From assembly GCA_020429915.1 (NCBI GenBank), contig JAGQKV010000004.1:132833-196832 (forward strand): a DNA stretch of 64,000 nucleotides. The letters are read 5' to 3'. The translations under genes and the position numbers were made by a program. Position 1 is the first letter of the stretch, and each line of letters starts with the position of its first letter. Shown here piece after piece: positions 30,467 to 39,955 of this stretch. Under the pieces are notes generated by a model. It worked only from the letters and a program-made list of their open reading frames with translations, searched no databases and was not told the origin of the DNA. Origin of the DNA: Candidatus Omnitrophota bacterium. Its GTDB lineage: Bacteria > Omnitrophota > Gorgyraeia > Zapsychrales > Zapsychraceae.

Positions 30467-32179
30467 TTAATCCGAGGCTGTTACACGCAGCACTTCGTCC
30501 AGGCTGGTTAACCCGCTCAGGCACTTGTCCATGGCATCCTCAAACAGGGTGCGCATCCCCTTTTCCTTGCGGGCGAATTCTTTTATCGTATCGGACGACT
30601 CTCCGCGCAGCAGAAGTGTGCGGATATCATCATCGACCTCCAGCAACTCCGTGATTCCCATCCGCCCCTGATAGCCGGTCTGGCGGCAATGGTCGCATCC
30701 CTTGCCCATAAAAAACTCCGCCCCTGACGGTAGCTTGACACCCATCTCATCCAGAAGCTGATTCGGCGTCTTGATAGGCTCTTTGCATTTCGGACAGATG
30801 CGGCGACAAAGCCGCTGTGCGCTGATCAAAAAGAGACTGGACGCCACCAGAAACGGTTCTACGTCCATATCCACCAAACGGGTCAAGGCACTGGCCGCGT
30901 CATTAGTGTGCAGGGTGGAAAAAACCAACTGCCCCGTAAGTGAGGCCTTAATGGCGATATCCGCGGTAATCCCGTCCCGGATTTCCCCAACCATGACCAC
31001 GTCCGGGCTCTGCCGCAAAATCGCCCGTAGCCCTTCGGCAAACGAAAGTCCAATCTCCGGCCGCGCTTGAATTTGCGTAAGCCCTTCAATGAGATACTCG
31101 ACCGGGTCCTCGACGGTAATGACGTTCTTATCGATAGTGTTGAGCCTACTGATCAGCGAATACAGTGTTGTCGATTTCCCACTCCCGGTCGGCCCGGTCA
31201 CCAGCATCATCCCGAAAGGCTTGACCGTGGCCGCCTCCAAAATCTCCAGGGCTTGTTCATTGAAACCCAATCCCGGCAACCCCACGCTGAGGCTCCCTTT
31301 ATCCAGCACCCGCATAACGATCTTTTCGCCGAATGTGGTTGGCAGGACCGAGACACGGAAATCAACTTCCTTGTTGGCGATCTTCAGTTTGAAACGGCCG
31401 TCCTGCGGCACATGGGCCAGGGTGATATCCAGACGGGACATGATCTTGATTCTGACGATCACCGCGTTCATATTTTCTTTGGGGATTTCCAGGATTTGAT
31501 TGAGGACCCCGTCGATACGGTAGCGCACCTTCATACTGCTCAACTTGGGCTCCATATGGATATCCGAGGCCCGCTGTTTGATGGCTTCTTTAACGATCAG
31601 GTTGACCATCCGGATAATGGGCGCCTTTTCACTCTCATCGACGGAACTGTCGAGATCCTCCCCTTCATCCTGCTCCGAAACGATCTCGAAATTTTCAACA
31701 TCGATATCCTTGCTGATATCCGTGACCGAAGTGGAATCCGTATTAATGCCGTAGTATGCGTCAACGACCTTCATGATCTCGTCATGAGTACTCATGACGA
31801 TTTCAACCTCCAGCCCCGTAATATTCTTGAGGTCATCCACCATAAACACGTTCAGGGGATCCGACACCGCTACGGTAAGGTTTTGATCCAGCAGCGAAAG
31901 CGGCACGATTTGATACTGGCGGGCGACACGTTCGGGGATGATTTCCTGCAGCGACGGATCGATTTTGTACTTTGAAAGATTGATGAACGGGATGTTCAGC
32001 TCGCGCACCAGCAGCACGAGCAGGTCTTTTTCCTTGATAAGACCTTTTTCGACCAGAGCCTTTTCCAGACTGATCCCCTTGCGTTTCTGCAGGATCATCG
32101 CGTCTTCGATATCCTCTTTCCTGACCTTCTTGGTATCGATCAGCGATTTGATTATTTTGTCTTTAAGCGTCATGGACAT
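30467..32179 (-). CDS. pilB: type IV pilus assembly ATPase PilB (GspE family)
   Basis: 570 aa with an N-terminal T2SSE_N-type domain, Walker A VTGPTGSGKSTTLYS, Asp/His boxes, and a tetracysteine motif (CPKC…CDHC). Confidence 0.88.
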   Translation of the reverse strand: MSMTLKDKIIKSLIDTKKVRKEDIEDAMILQKRKGISLEKALVEKGLIKEKDLLVLLVRELNIPFINLSKYKIDPSLQEIIPERVARQYQIVPLSLLDQNLTVAVSDPLNVFMVDDLKNITGLEVEIVMSTHDEIMKVVDAYYGINTDSTSVTDISKDIDVENFEIVSEQDEGEDLDSSVDESEKAPIIRMVNLIVKEAIKQRASDIHMEPKLSSMKVRYRIDGVLNQILEIPKENMNAVIVRIKIMSRLDITLAHVPQDGRFKLKIANKEVDFRVSVLPTTFGEKIVMRVLDKGSLSVGLPGLGFNEQALEILEAATVKPFGMMLVTGPTGSGKSTTLYSLISRLNTIDKNVITVEDPVEYLIEGLTQIQARPEIGLSFAEGLRAILRQSPDVVMVGEIRDGITADIAIKASLTGQLVFSTLHTNDAASALTRLVDMDVEPFLVASSLFLISAQRLCRRICPKCKEPIKTPNQLLDEMGVKLPSGAEFFMGKGCDHCRQTGYQGRMGITELLEVDDDIRTLLLRGESSDTIKEFARKEKGMRTLFEDAMDKCLSGLTSLDEVLRVTASD

Positions 32180-32181
32180 GG

Positions 32182-33945
32182 CTAATCGCGAATGGCCTCA
32201 TCGGGGGCGGTGATCCGCAGGACCTCTTCCAGGGTGGTGAGCCCCTGCATCGCCTTGGCCAATCCATCTTCCCGCATGGTTTTCATTCCCTCGCGGCGGG
32301 CTTGTTCTTTGACCTTCATTTCCCCTTCACGGTTGAGGATCTTCTCACGGATTAGCGGACTCAGGATGAGGACCTCGGTGATACCCACCCGTCCGCTGTA
32401 ACCGGTCTTGAAACATTTCTTGCAGCCCTTGCCCCGGTACAGCTCGAGCTTTTGCCCCGGGTACAACCGGGCCAACCCGACCTTTTCGGCAACGGTGGGT
32501 TCGACCTCATAGGCCTCCTTGCAGGCCGGACACACACGGCGCAACAGACGCTGGGCGATTATCGCCAGGACAGATGAGCAAATCAAAAACGGCTCGATCC
32601 CCATATTCATCATCCGCACGATGGAACCGGCGGCCGTGGTGGTGTGCAAGGAACTCAAGACAAGGTGTCCCGTCAAGGCAGCCTTAACCGCAATATCCAG
32701 CGTTTCGGAATCACGGATTTCTCCGATAAGGATAATGTCCGGATCCTGCCGCAAGATGGAACGCAAACTCGACGTGAAAGTAAGACCCATCTGGGGCTTT
32801 ACGTTCACCTGATTGATCGTAGGCATCTGGTACTCCACCGGATCCTCCACCGTAACGATATTCTTCTCCGGCGAGTCAACATATTTGAGTATCGAATAGA
32901 GCGTGGTGGTTTTGCCGCTCCCGGTCGGACCGCAGGTCAGAATCATTCCGTGCGGCTTGACCGCGCAATCCTGAATTCTCTGCAGCGCCAGGTCTTCAAA
33001 TCCGAGTTTACCCACATCCAGAACCGTGCCGTCCTGATCCAGGACGCGCAAGACGATCTTTTCGCCAAAGGCGGTCGGCAAAACGTTGACGCGAAAGTCC
33101 ACCTCTTTGTTGCCCGAAATAATCGTTTTAAACCGGCCGTCCTGCGGCAAACGGTGTTCGGAGATATCAAGATTGCAGACGACTTTGATGCGCGAGATAA
33201 TCGGAAAATGCAGCACTTTGGCCAACCGATCAATTTCCCGGATGACCCCGTCGATGCGGTACCGAATCCGGACACATTTCTCCATCGGTTCGATAAAAAC
33301 GTCACTGGCCTTGGCCAGGACCGATTGCTGAATAATCGTATCCGTCAGACGGATAATCGGCGCCTCTTCACTGATCTCCTCCACACCGCTGGCAGCGACC
33401 CCGGCCTCCTGCATGAGTTCCAGGTCTTCTTCAGTATCCTGGATATCTTTCATGATGTCCGCGAACGTCTCGGAGGCCACCTCTTCTACGGCGGCCTGCT
33501 CCGGTTCGGGAGCCTCTGCGTAATACTGCTCGATGGCCTGTTCAATATCCTGTTCGCGACCGATGATGGGATTGATGGTATACCCGGTCAGGGCCTTGAC
33601 GTTGTCGATAATAAAAATATTCAACGGGTCGGCCATCGCGAGCGTTAGATGCTCGCCGATGAGTGAAATCGGCAGGATCTTGTAGCGGACGGCAAGCTCC
33701 TGCGGGATCAGTCCCAGCACTTCATTGAAGACCTTCAGCCGCAGCACGTTGATAATCGGCATCGCCAGGCTTTCGCTGAGGACCTGCGCGAGAATCTCTC
33801 GGTCGATGAGATTGGCCCGGACCAGAATCTTGCTTAATTCCTCGCCAGTCTGCTGCTGCTCTTCCAGGGCGGCATCCAAATCACTTGCGGAAATCAAATT
33901 GTCCCGCAGCAAAATTTGTTTTAGACGATCCTTTAGAGAATCCAT
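32182..33945 (-). CDS. second full-length GspE-family secretion ATPase (PilB/MshE-like)
   Basis: 587 aa. The N-terminus RLKQILLRDNLISASDLDAALEEQQ / EELSKILVRANLIDREILAQVL resembles the tandem MshEN c-di-GMP-binding motifs. Walker A is LTCGPTGSGKTTTLYS and the tetracysteine is CPAC…CKKC. Confidence 0.85.
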   Translation of the reverse strand: MDSLKDRLKQILLRDNLISASDLDAALEEQQQTGEELSKILVRANLIDREILAQVLSESLAMPIINVLRLKVFNEVLGLIPQELAVRYKILPISLIGEHLTLAMADPLNIFIIDNVKALTGYTINPIIGREQDIEQAIEQYYAEAPEPEQAAVEEVASETFADIMKDIQDTEEDLELMQEAGVAASGVEEISEEAPIIRLTDTIIQQSVLAKASDVFIEPMEKCVRIRYRIDGVIREIDRLAKVLHFPIISRIKVVCNLDISEHRLPQDGRFKTIISGNKEVDFRVNVLPTAFGEKIVLRVLDQDGTVLDVGKLGFEDLALQRIQDCAVKPHGMILTCGPTGSGKTTTLYSILKYVDSPEKNIVTVEDPVEYQMPTINQVNVKPQMGLTFTSSLRSILRQDPDIILIGEIRDSETLDIAVKAALTGHLVLSSLHTTTAAGSIVRMMNMGIEPFLICSSVLAIIAQRLLRRVCPACKEAYEVEPTVAEKVGLARLYPGQKLELYRGKGCKKCFKTGYSGRVGITEVLILSPLIREKILNREGEMKVKEQARREGMKTMREDGLAKAMQGLTTLEEVLRITAPDEAIRD

Positions 33946-34394
33946 TAGTTAGAAGTGTAGTACTTATCGATCGATTCTTTGACTTCTGTTGCCGTGCTCA
34001 CGAATGTTTGCACGGTGCAGCCGGTAATCAGCTCGACATCTTCGGCAGCCTGATAATTCAGAGGATTTGACATGGCAAGCGTCAGACTTTTGCCAATTTT
34101 ATCGATGGGAATTAGGCAGAATTGTCGGCAAACATTTTCCGGGACGGTTTTGATAACGTCCTCGTCGATTTCATAGTTGGCCAACGGTAAATACGGAAAA
34201 CCGTACTGGGATGTCAGGGCCTGAGCGATGTCCCGTTCGGAGGCAAAACCCAGTTCCACCAGGACCTCCCCCAGGAGACCGCCGATTTCTTTTTGCTTCC
34301 CGATTCCCAGGTTCAGTTGCTCGTGGTTGATAACACCGCGTTCAATCAGGAGTTCACCCAGCGGTTTATTGGAGGCTCTTTTGAAGTGTTTCAT
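33945..34394 (-). CDS. stand-alone MshEN-like (T2SSE N-terminal) domain protein
   Basis: 149 aa with PLGELLIERGVINHEQLNLGIGKQ and LLGEVLVELGFASERDIAQALTSQ. These are two tandem 24-residue copies of the MshEN c-di-GMP-binding consensus, followed by a GspE_N-like region. Its stop overlaps the start of the downstream ATPase by 1 nt. Confidence 0.7.
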   Translation of the reverse strand: MKHFKRASNKPLGELLIERGVINHEQLNLGIGKQKEIGGLLGEVLVELGFASERDIAQALTSQYGFPYLPLANYEIDEDVIKTVPENVCRQFCLIPIDKIGKSLTLAMSNPLNYQAAEDVELITGCTVQTFVSTATEVKESIDKYYTSN

Positions 34395-34500
34395 GGCAGC
34401 AGGCCCTCATGGAGGCAAGTTATCGCTATGGTAGTAGGATTCTACACCAGATAGGTTGAGTATACAATACAATTAGTCACATTAACAATGCCTGAACCGC

Positions 34501-35607
34501 TCAAAATACGGTCCGTTTCTTGCTCAGATTCAGCAGGAACCCCATCATGACGGCAAAGACCAGGAAAGAGGACCGGCCGTAGCTGACGAACGGCAGAGTC
34601 AGACCCACAATCGGAAACATGCCCATGACCATTCCGATGTTGATGACCACCTGAAGGGAAAAAATCGAGACGATCCCCACGGTCACGATGGTGCCGAAAC
34701 GGTCCTTGACCTGACTGGCCACTTGCATGCTGGTCATGATCAACGCAAAGTAGAGGATCAACATAAAGATCGTGCCCACCAGCCCCCACTCCTCGCCGAT
34801 CACCGAAAAAATAAAATCGGTATGACGCTCCGGCAAAAAGTTCAGCTGATTCTGGGTGCCGGCCAGCCACCCCTTACCGAACAATTGGCCCGATCCGATG
34901 GCGATCTTGGACTGGATGATCGTATAGCCCGCGCCGAGCGGATCGATGTTGGGATTGAGGAAAACCAGCAGCCGGTCCTTTTGATAGTCCTTGAGGATCA
35001 ACCACGCGAATGGCGATAAAACCACACCGAGCCCCAAGAAGGCTCCGATGATCTTGTAGTCAATCCCGCTCACAAACACCATGACGACAAACATCCCCAA
35101 CAGGAGCAGCGATGTTCCCAAATCCGGCTGTTTGAAAATCAGCAACATCATAAAGACGGTCATTCCCAATGGCCACAGAAAATGATAGAAAACGGACTGC
35201 ACCTTGGACCGGAATCCGAAGGAGAGCATGGGCTTCAGGTTGCTGAAGTACCGGCCCAGCGCGAGAATCAAGGCCAATTTGGCAAGCTCCGAGGGTTGAA
35301 AGCTGATCCCCCCGAATTGAATCCACCGTGTGGCGCCCAGCGCGTGGCGTCCCATAATCAGGACCAGCAAAAGCAGGATCACATTCAGAATATAAAACCC
35401 GTAGGCGATATCGTAAAATCGGCGGTAGTCCACCTTGCCTAACACATACATAATCCCGATACCCAGGCCGGCGCAAAGCAGCTGATCGTAAAAAATCTTT
35501 TGCGTAACCCGGACGTTGTCGTATGTGGCGCTGTAGAGGGCGACCAGACCGACGGCCATGATAGCCACTGTAAAGAACCATATTTTCTTATCCAGATCAC
35601 GCTGCAT
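34501..35607 (-). CDS. rodA: rod shape-determining protein RodA (SEDS family)
   Basis: 368-aa FtsW/RodA/SpoVE polytopic membrane protein immediately downstream of mrdA. Confidence 0.88.
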   Translation of the reverse strand: MQRDLDKKIWFFTVAIMAVGLVALYSATYDNVRVTQKIFYDQLLCAGLGIGIMYVLGKVDYRRFYDIAYGFYILNVILLLLVLIMGRHALGATRWIQFGGISFQPSELAKLALILALGRYFSNLKPMLSFGFRSKVQSVFYHFLWPLGMTVFMMLLIFKQPDLGTSLLLLGMFVVMVFVSGIDYKIIGAFLGLGVVLSPFAWLILKDYQKDRLLVFLNPNIDPLGAGYTIIQSKIAIGSGQLFGKGWLAGTQNQLNFLPERHTDFIFSVIGEEWGLVGTIFMLILYFALIMTSMQVASQVKDRFGTIVTVGIVSIFSLQVVINIGMVMGMFPIVGLTLPFVSYGRSSFLVFAVMMGFLLNLSKKRTVF

Positions 35608-37322
35608 TAGATTAATCCCTCACGGTTGAGCCGCAGCATCAGTTCCCGGGCCAAGCGCACGGCGTTATGCGACGACCCGCCATGCTCTAAAAAGACACAG
35701 AACGCCACGCTCTTCTCCCGGCCCTGGGCGTATCCCACGAACCACGCATGATGTTCTTTGTGCGGCGAAGACTGCGCCGTTCCGGTTTTCCCCGCGACAA
35801 ACAGCTCGTCATTATCCAATTCATGGGCAGTCCCTGTGTAGTCGGTCACGGTGGCCCTCAGGCCCAACTTGGTCTTCTCAAATATTTCCTTGGGTATCTT
35901 GACGTCCCGGGTGTAATCATATTTCGTCAACGGAACGCCACCGATCGCCTTGATAACATGCGGGGCCACCTCCACACCGTCGCGGGAAACGGTAGCCATC
36001 ATGCGCACCAGTTGTAACGGCGTGGTCAGGACGTCGCCCTGGCCGATCACAAAGTTCAGCGTGTCTCCGGTGTACCACGGGCGGCGGCGCGAGAGGATTC
36101 CCTGAGTGCGGTTGGGAATCCGTCCGCTGCGTTCGTAAGGCAGGTCAATATGCGTCTTTCTCCCCAGACCGAATTTATCGGCATACTCGTGCAACAAGTC
36201 GGCTCCCAACAACAGTCCGAGGCGATAAAAGTAGACGTTACATGAGTGCGCAATGGCCTCGATGAGATTCTGGTCGCCATGCGGATAGGTGCAGCCGAAG
36301 CGGATGCCGCCGACTTGGTGGTATCCGGGGCAATGGAACGTCGTCTTCTGAGTGATTTTACCGGTGTCCAGCGCGCATATCGCCACCGGTATCTTAAAAA
36401 CCGATCCCGGCGGAAAACGGGCACTCACGGCACGATTGATTAACGGCGCCAGCGGATCACTGAACAATCCCCCTGCCTCTTTGGACCGCTTCGGATCCAC
36501 CAGCGCATTCGGATCAAAATCAGGAAAGCTTGCCAGCCCTAGCACTTCGCCGTTCGCGGAATCCATCACAATCACCGCACCGGGCGTGTCTTCCATCACA
36601 TCCATGACTGCGGCTTGGATCCGGCTATCGATGGTCAGCATAATATCTCCGCCGCGTGTCGGCTCCCGGATGCTCAGAAGCCGAACCTGCTGACCGCGGC
36701 TGTTGACCTCGATCTGATATCCTCCGGCCTCACCCCGCAAGTTCAAATCATAGAATTCCTCCACACCCGACTTGCCTACGTCACTCAACGGAGAATAGCC
36801 GTACTTCTTGTAGCGCTGCATCAAAGCTTGATTGACCTTCCCGACATAGCCCAGTATATGCGCACTATTTTCCCCGTTCGGATAGACCCGCTTGTAACCT
36901 TCCTCAACGAGCAGACTGGGAAACCGGAAGCGGTTTTCTTCGATCACAATAGCCTTTTCGCGCTCGATATCTTCTGCAACAACAACAGGGGCGAACGGAG
37001 TATGCTTCTTGCGCCGGTACCGACGCGTCAACAAGTCGCGGCTGACCCCCAACGATTCACTGAGGAAGGCGAACAGCTCATCCTGATCCTCGATGGCCTG
37101 TGGAGTTATGGTCACATTGTATGCCACGCGATTCTCGGCGAGGACCGTCCCGTTGCGGTCATAGATGCGCCCCCGCTTGCCTTCCAGCGGAACGACACGG
37201 ATACGGTTGTTGGTGCTCAGCTCAAAATAGTACTTACCCTTAATCGCCTGGACATAAACCAGGTCCAGAGCGATCAGCACAAAGGCGAGCACCACAATTA
37301 TTCGTATAATCTTAAGACGCAT
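35607..37322 (-). CDS. mrdA: penicillin-binding protein 2
   Basis: 571 aa with an N-terminal TM, a dimerisation domain, and a transpeptidase domain (SxxK, SxN, KTG motifs). mreBCD-mrdA-rodA order. Confidence 0.9.
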   Translation of the reverse strand: MRLKIIRIIVVLAFVLIALDLVYVQAIKGKYYFELSTNNRIRVVPLEGKRGRIYDRNGTVLAENRVAYNVTITPQAIEDQDELFAFLSESLGVSRDLLTRRYRRKKHTPFAPVVVAEDIEREKAIVIEENRFRFPSLLVEEGYKRVYPNGENSAHILGYVGKVNQALMQRYKKYGYSPLSDVGKSGVEEFYDLNLRGEAGGYQIEVNSRGQQVRLLSIREPTRGGDIMLTIDSRIQAAVMDVMEDTPGAVIVMDSANGEVLGLASFPDFDPNALVDPKRSKEAGGLFSDPLAPLINRAVSARFPPGSVFKIPVAICALDTGKITQKTTFHCPGYHQVGGIRFGCTYPHGDQNLIEAIAHSCNVYFYRLGLLLGADLLHEYADKFGLGRKTHIDLPYERSGRIPNRTQGILSRRRPWYTGDTLNFVIGQGDVLTTPLQLVRMMATVSRDGVEVAPHVIKAIGGVPLTKYDYTRDVKIPKEIFEKTKLGLRATVTDYTGTAHELDNDELFVAGKTGTAQSSPHKEHHAWFVGYAQGREKSVAFCVFLEHGGSSHNAVRLARELMLRLNREGLI

Positions 37323-37783
37323 TTTCGCAGATAGTTAAAAACAAATCCGGCGAACAACAAGGTCATGAGGATCTCGGGCAGATAGATGTTCCGGATGAAA
37401 CCGGGAAATGAATTCAGGTTCAGAGACAGCGCCCCCTGACACAGCAGCAGGATTGAATTGATACAAAAAATCAACAGGAGCAAGGACCACCATGATCCCT
37501 TCTGATAGATTATCCGCGTTAGGATCGTCGTCACATACGCGGTGAGCATCAATGTCAGAATATGAAAGCCGAAAAATTGTGTGCTGTAGGCATCCCGAAT
37601 CCCGCCGCCCAGGAATGCGGCCAGCAGCGCGTAGCGAATGCCCATCGACAAATCCAGAAAGATGATTAGTAGCAGAATGAGGTTTGGTATAAAAATCTTG
37701 CCGAACACCGTGACCAGCAGATATTCAGCCAAGAAGAAGATCAGGGTCAAAGCCAGAACTGTAATGATTCGCCGCATAAGCAA
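37298..37783 (-). CDS. mreD: rod shape-determining protein MreD
   Basis: 161-aa polytopic membrane protein downstream of mreC. Confidence 0.7.
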   Translation of the reverse strand: MLMRRIITVLALTLIFFLAEYLLVTVFGKIFIPNLILLLIIFLDLSMGIRYALLAAFLGGGIRDAYSTQFFGFHILTLMLTAYVTTILTRIIYQKGSWWSLLLLIFCINSILLLCQGALSLNLNSFPGFIRNIYLPEILMTLLFAGFVFNYLRKCVLRLYE

Positions 37784-37871
37784 TCTGTGAATATTGATTT
37801 ACTAAACTAATTTGAGGAATGTCCCGGTCAGTAGGCGGTCATCCCTTGGAACACATCCATCGTCGGCCGGC

Positions 37872-38654
37872 TCACTTCACAACGACCAATACCTCTTCCA
37901 ATTGCGAAAGGGCCACACTCGGCTTTACCACGTATTCTTTCCGGTTGCCCCGGATCTCGTCGATCACTTCAACAACTTCGCCCACCACCAGACTTTCCGG
38001 GAATTCCAGGCTCAACTTGGAGGTAATCACTTTGTCACCGACCCTGATATCCGCATTCTCTTTGATAAATTTCAAGCGGCACAACCCGGTCAGCGTACCG
38101 GAAATCACCCCGCTTTCCCGCGTACGCTGGATCATAATCGCCGCACTGAATTGCGGATCCGTGATCAAAATGACTTTGGATTTGGATTCGCTCGCCTCAG
38201 TAACCTTTCCGACCACGCCCAGTTCGTTGACAACCGGCTGCCCCGGCTTCACCCCGTCCTCCAGTCCGCGATCGAGTATCAGGGACGAATTCCAGCGCGA
38301 AGGATCCCTCCCGATAATATGCGCGCCGACCGATGAAAAGACCAAACGTTGTTTGAACGCCAGCAAGCGTTCCAGGCGCGCATTCTCCCGAACAATCTCT
38401 TCCATACCGACCAGACGCGCCTTTAACCGGTTTACCTCCTGGGACTTTTGGCGGTACTCATCGAAGGTTCGATGATAAAAAAGCATCTTCTTCATTTCCA
38501 ACAACGGAAACGACATGATCTTGATCGGCAGCGAGAAGACATCCACCACTCTAAACTTAGCAGATGTAAAGATTTTGGTGCGGGAAAAAAAGATTACGAA
38601 AGGAATCAGGAGGATCAGGATGTAGATTAAGTTTTTGCGGTTGGCGCTAAACAC
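37872..38654 (-). CDS. mreC: rod shape-determining protein MreC
   Basis: 260 aa with an N-terminal TM, a coiled coil, and a beta-rich periplasmic domain. Confidence 0.8.
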   Translation of the reverse strand: MFSANRKNLIYILILLIPFVIFFSRTKIFTSAKFRVVDVFSLPIKIMSFPLLEMKKMLFYHRTFDEYRQKSQEVNRLKARLVGMEEIVRENARLERLLAFKQRLVFSSVGAHIIGRDPSRWNSSLILDRGLEDGVKPGQPVVNELGVVGKVTEASESKSKVILITDPQFSAAIMIQRTRESGVISGTLTGLCRLKFIKENADIRVGDKVITSKLSLEFPESLVVGEVVEVIDEIRGNRKEYVVKPSVALSQLEEVLVVVK

Positions 38655-38777
38655 ATTGAGACCGGTTGGCTGGTTAACGCATATTTAATCATGTGATTCC
38701 ACAGCGAGCGTCGGTCAAATTTTGCCTGCGACCTTGACGACGGTGACGGGATATGCGGGGCGGCGTAGTATCGTGGA

Positions 38778-39851
38778 TCAAAATTCCAGTTTGGTTGGGA
38801 CGGCAATCCTTCGACGGAAACGCGCGGGCATGGTCAGCATCTGACCGGTCCCAAGAACAACGGCCGTCAAGGGATCATCCGCAATGTGGACCGGGAGCCC
38901 CGTCTCTTCGGCGATACGCTTGTCCAGTCCTCGCAGCAGCGACCCCCCACCGGCCATAACGATCCCGCGGTCCAGCAGGTCGGCCGAAAGTTCCGGCGGA
39001 GTTTGTTCCAAGGTCGTCTTGGATGCGTCGACGATAGCCTGCACCGGATCCTCCAGCGCTTCACGGACTTCAATCGACGTAATGGAGATTGTTTTGGGCA
39101 ACCCAGATATCAGGTCGCGTCCGCGAACGTCCATGTTGAGTTCTTCCTCCAGCGGATACGCCGAACCGATCCGGATCTTGATTTCCTCAGCAGTACGCTC
39201 TCCGGTCATAAGATTATATGTCTTACGCAAATATTCAATAATGGCCAGATCCATTTCATCGCCGGCGATACGAATGCTTTTGGCATAAACCAGTCCGCCC
39301 ATCGAGATCACGGCAAACTCGGTTGTCCCGCCGCCGATATCAACAATCATATTTCCGGCAGCTTCCTCGACGGGCAATCCCACACCGATAGCCGCCGCCT
39401 TGGGTTCCTCGACCAACTCAACGGAACGCGCGCCCGCCCTTTCGGCCGAATCGCGAACGGCCCGCTTCTCCACAGCCGTGATCCCCGACGGAATCGCGAT
39501 CACCATCGCGGGACTGATGAATTTCTTTCCGCCGTTTACCTTACGGATGAAATACTTCAACATCGCTTCCGTCACTTCAAAATCCGAGATGACCCCGTCT
39601 TTCATGGGACGAATGGCGACGATGTTACCGGGCGTGCGACCGAGCATCTTTTTGGCTTCTTCCCCTACCGCAATCGGACGGTTAGTGTCTTTCTCGATCG
39701 CCACGACGGACGGTTCGCACAGAACCACCCCTTCGCCCTTTACAAACACCAAGGTCGTGGCTGTCCCCAGATCAATTCCGATGTCGTTGGAGAAAAGTCC
39801 CAGCGCATAGTTGACACCTTTGCGCCCAAATCTGAGGGTCTTCTGCAACAT
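38778..39851 (-). CDS. mreB: rod shape-determining protein MreB
   Basis: Actin-like ATPase (…[20 protein letters not shown]…). Start taken at the second Met of the ORF. Confidence 0.93.
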   Translation of the reverse strand: MLQKTLRFGRKGVNYALGLFSNDIGIDLGTATTLVFVKGEGVVLCEPSVVAIEKDTNRPIAVGEEAKKMLGRTPGNIVAIRPMKDGVISDFEVTEAMLKYFIRKVNGGKKFISPAMVIAIPSGITAVEKRAVRDSAERAGARSVELVEEPKAAAIGVGLPVEEAAGNMIVDIGGGTTEFAVISMGGLVYAKSIRIAGDEMDLAIIEYLRKTYNLMTGERTAEEIKIRIGSAYPLEEELNMDVRGRDLISGLPKTISITSIEVREALEDPVQAIVDASKTTLEQTPPELSADLLDRGIVMAGGGSLLRGLDKRIAEETGLPVHIADDPLTAVVLGTGQMLTMPARFRRRIAVPTKLEF

Positions 39852-39955
39852 CAAGACTTCCTTAAGGTTACAACTGAATCAGTCGTTAGGATTAGGTATT
39901 TTTGGAATGTAGCTGGCTTAATAATATATGAAAAGAAAAAATAAGTCAATGATTT

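Noticed and set aside
31067-33648. Long plus-strand ORFs (31067..31975, 32644..33648) inside the secretion ATPase genes
   Set aside because: They are antisense to well-supported GspE-family ATPases. Their composition (R/D/H/Q-rich, no motifs) indicates shadow ORFs.
36615-39944. Plus-strand ORFs 36615..37334 (239 aa) and 38886..39944 (352 aa)
   Set aside because: They are antisense to mrdA and mreB/aroA respectively, with no domains. Shadow ORFs.
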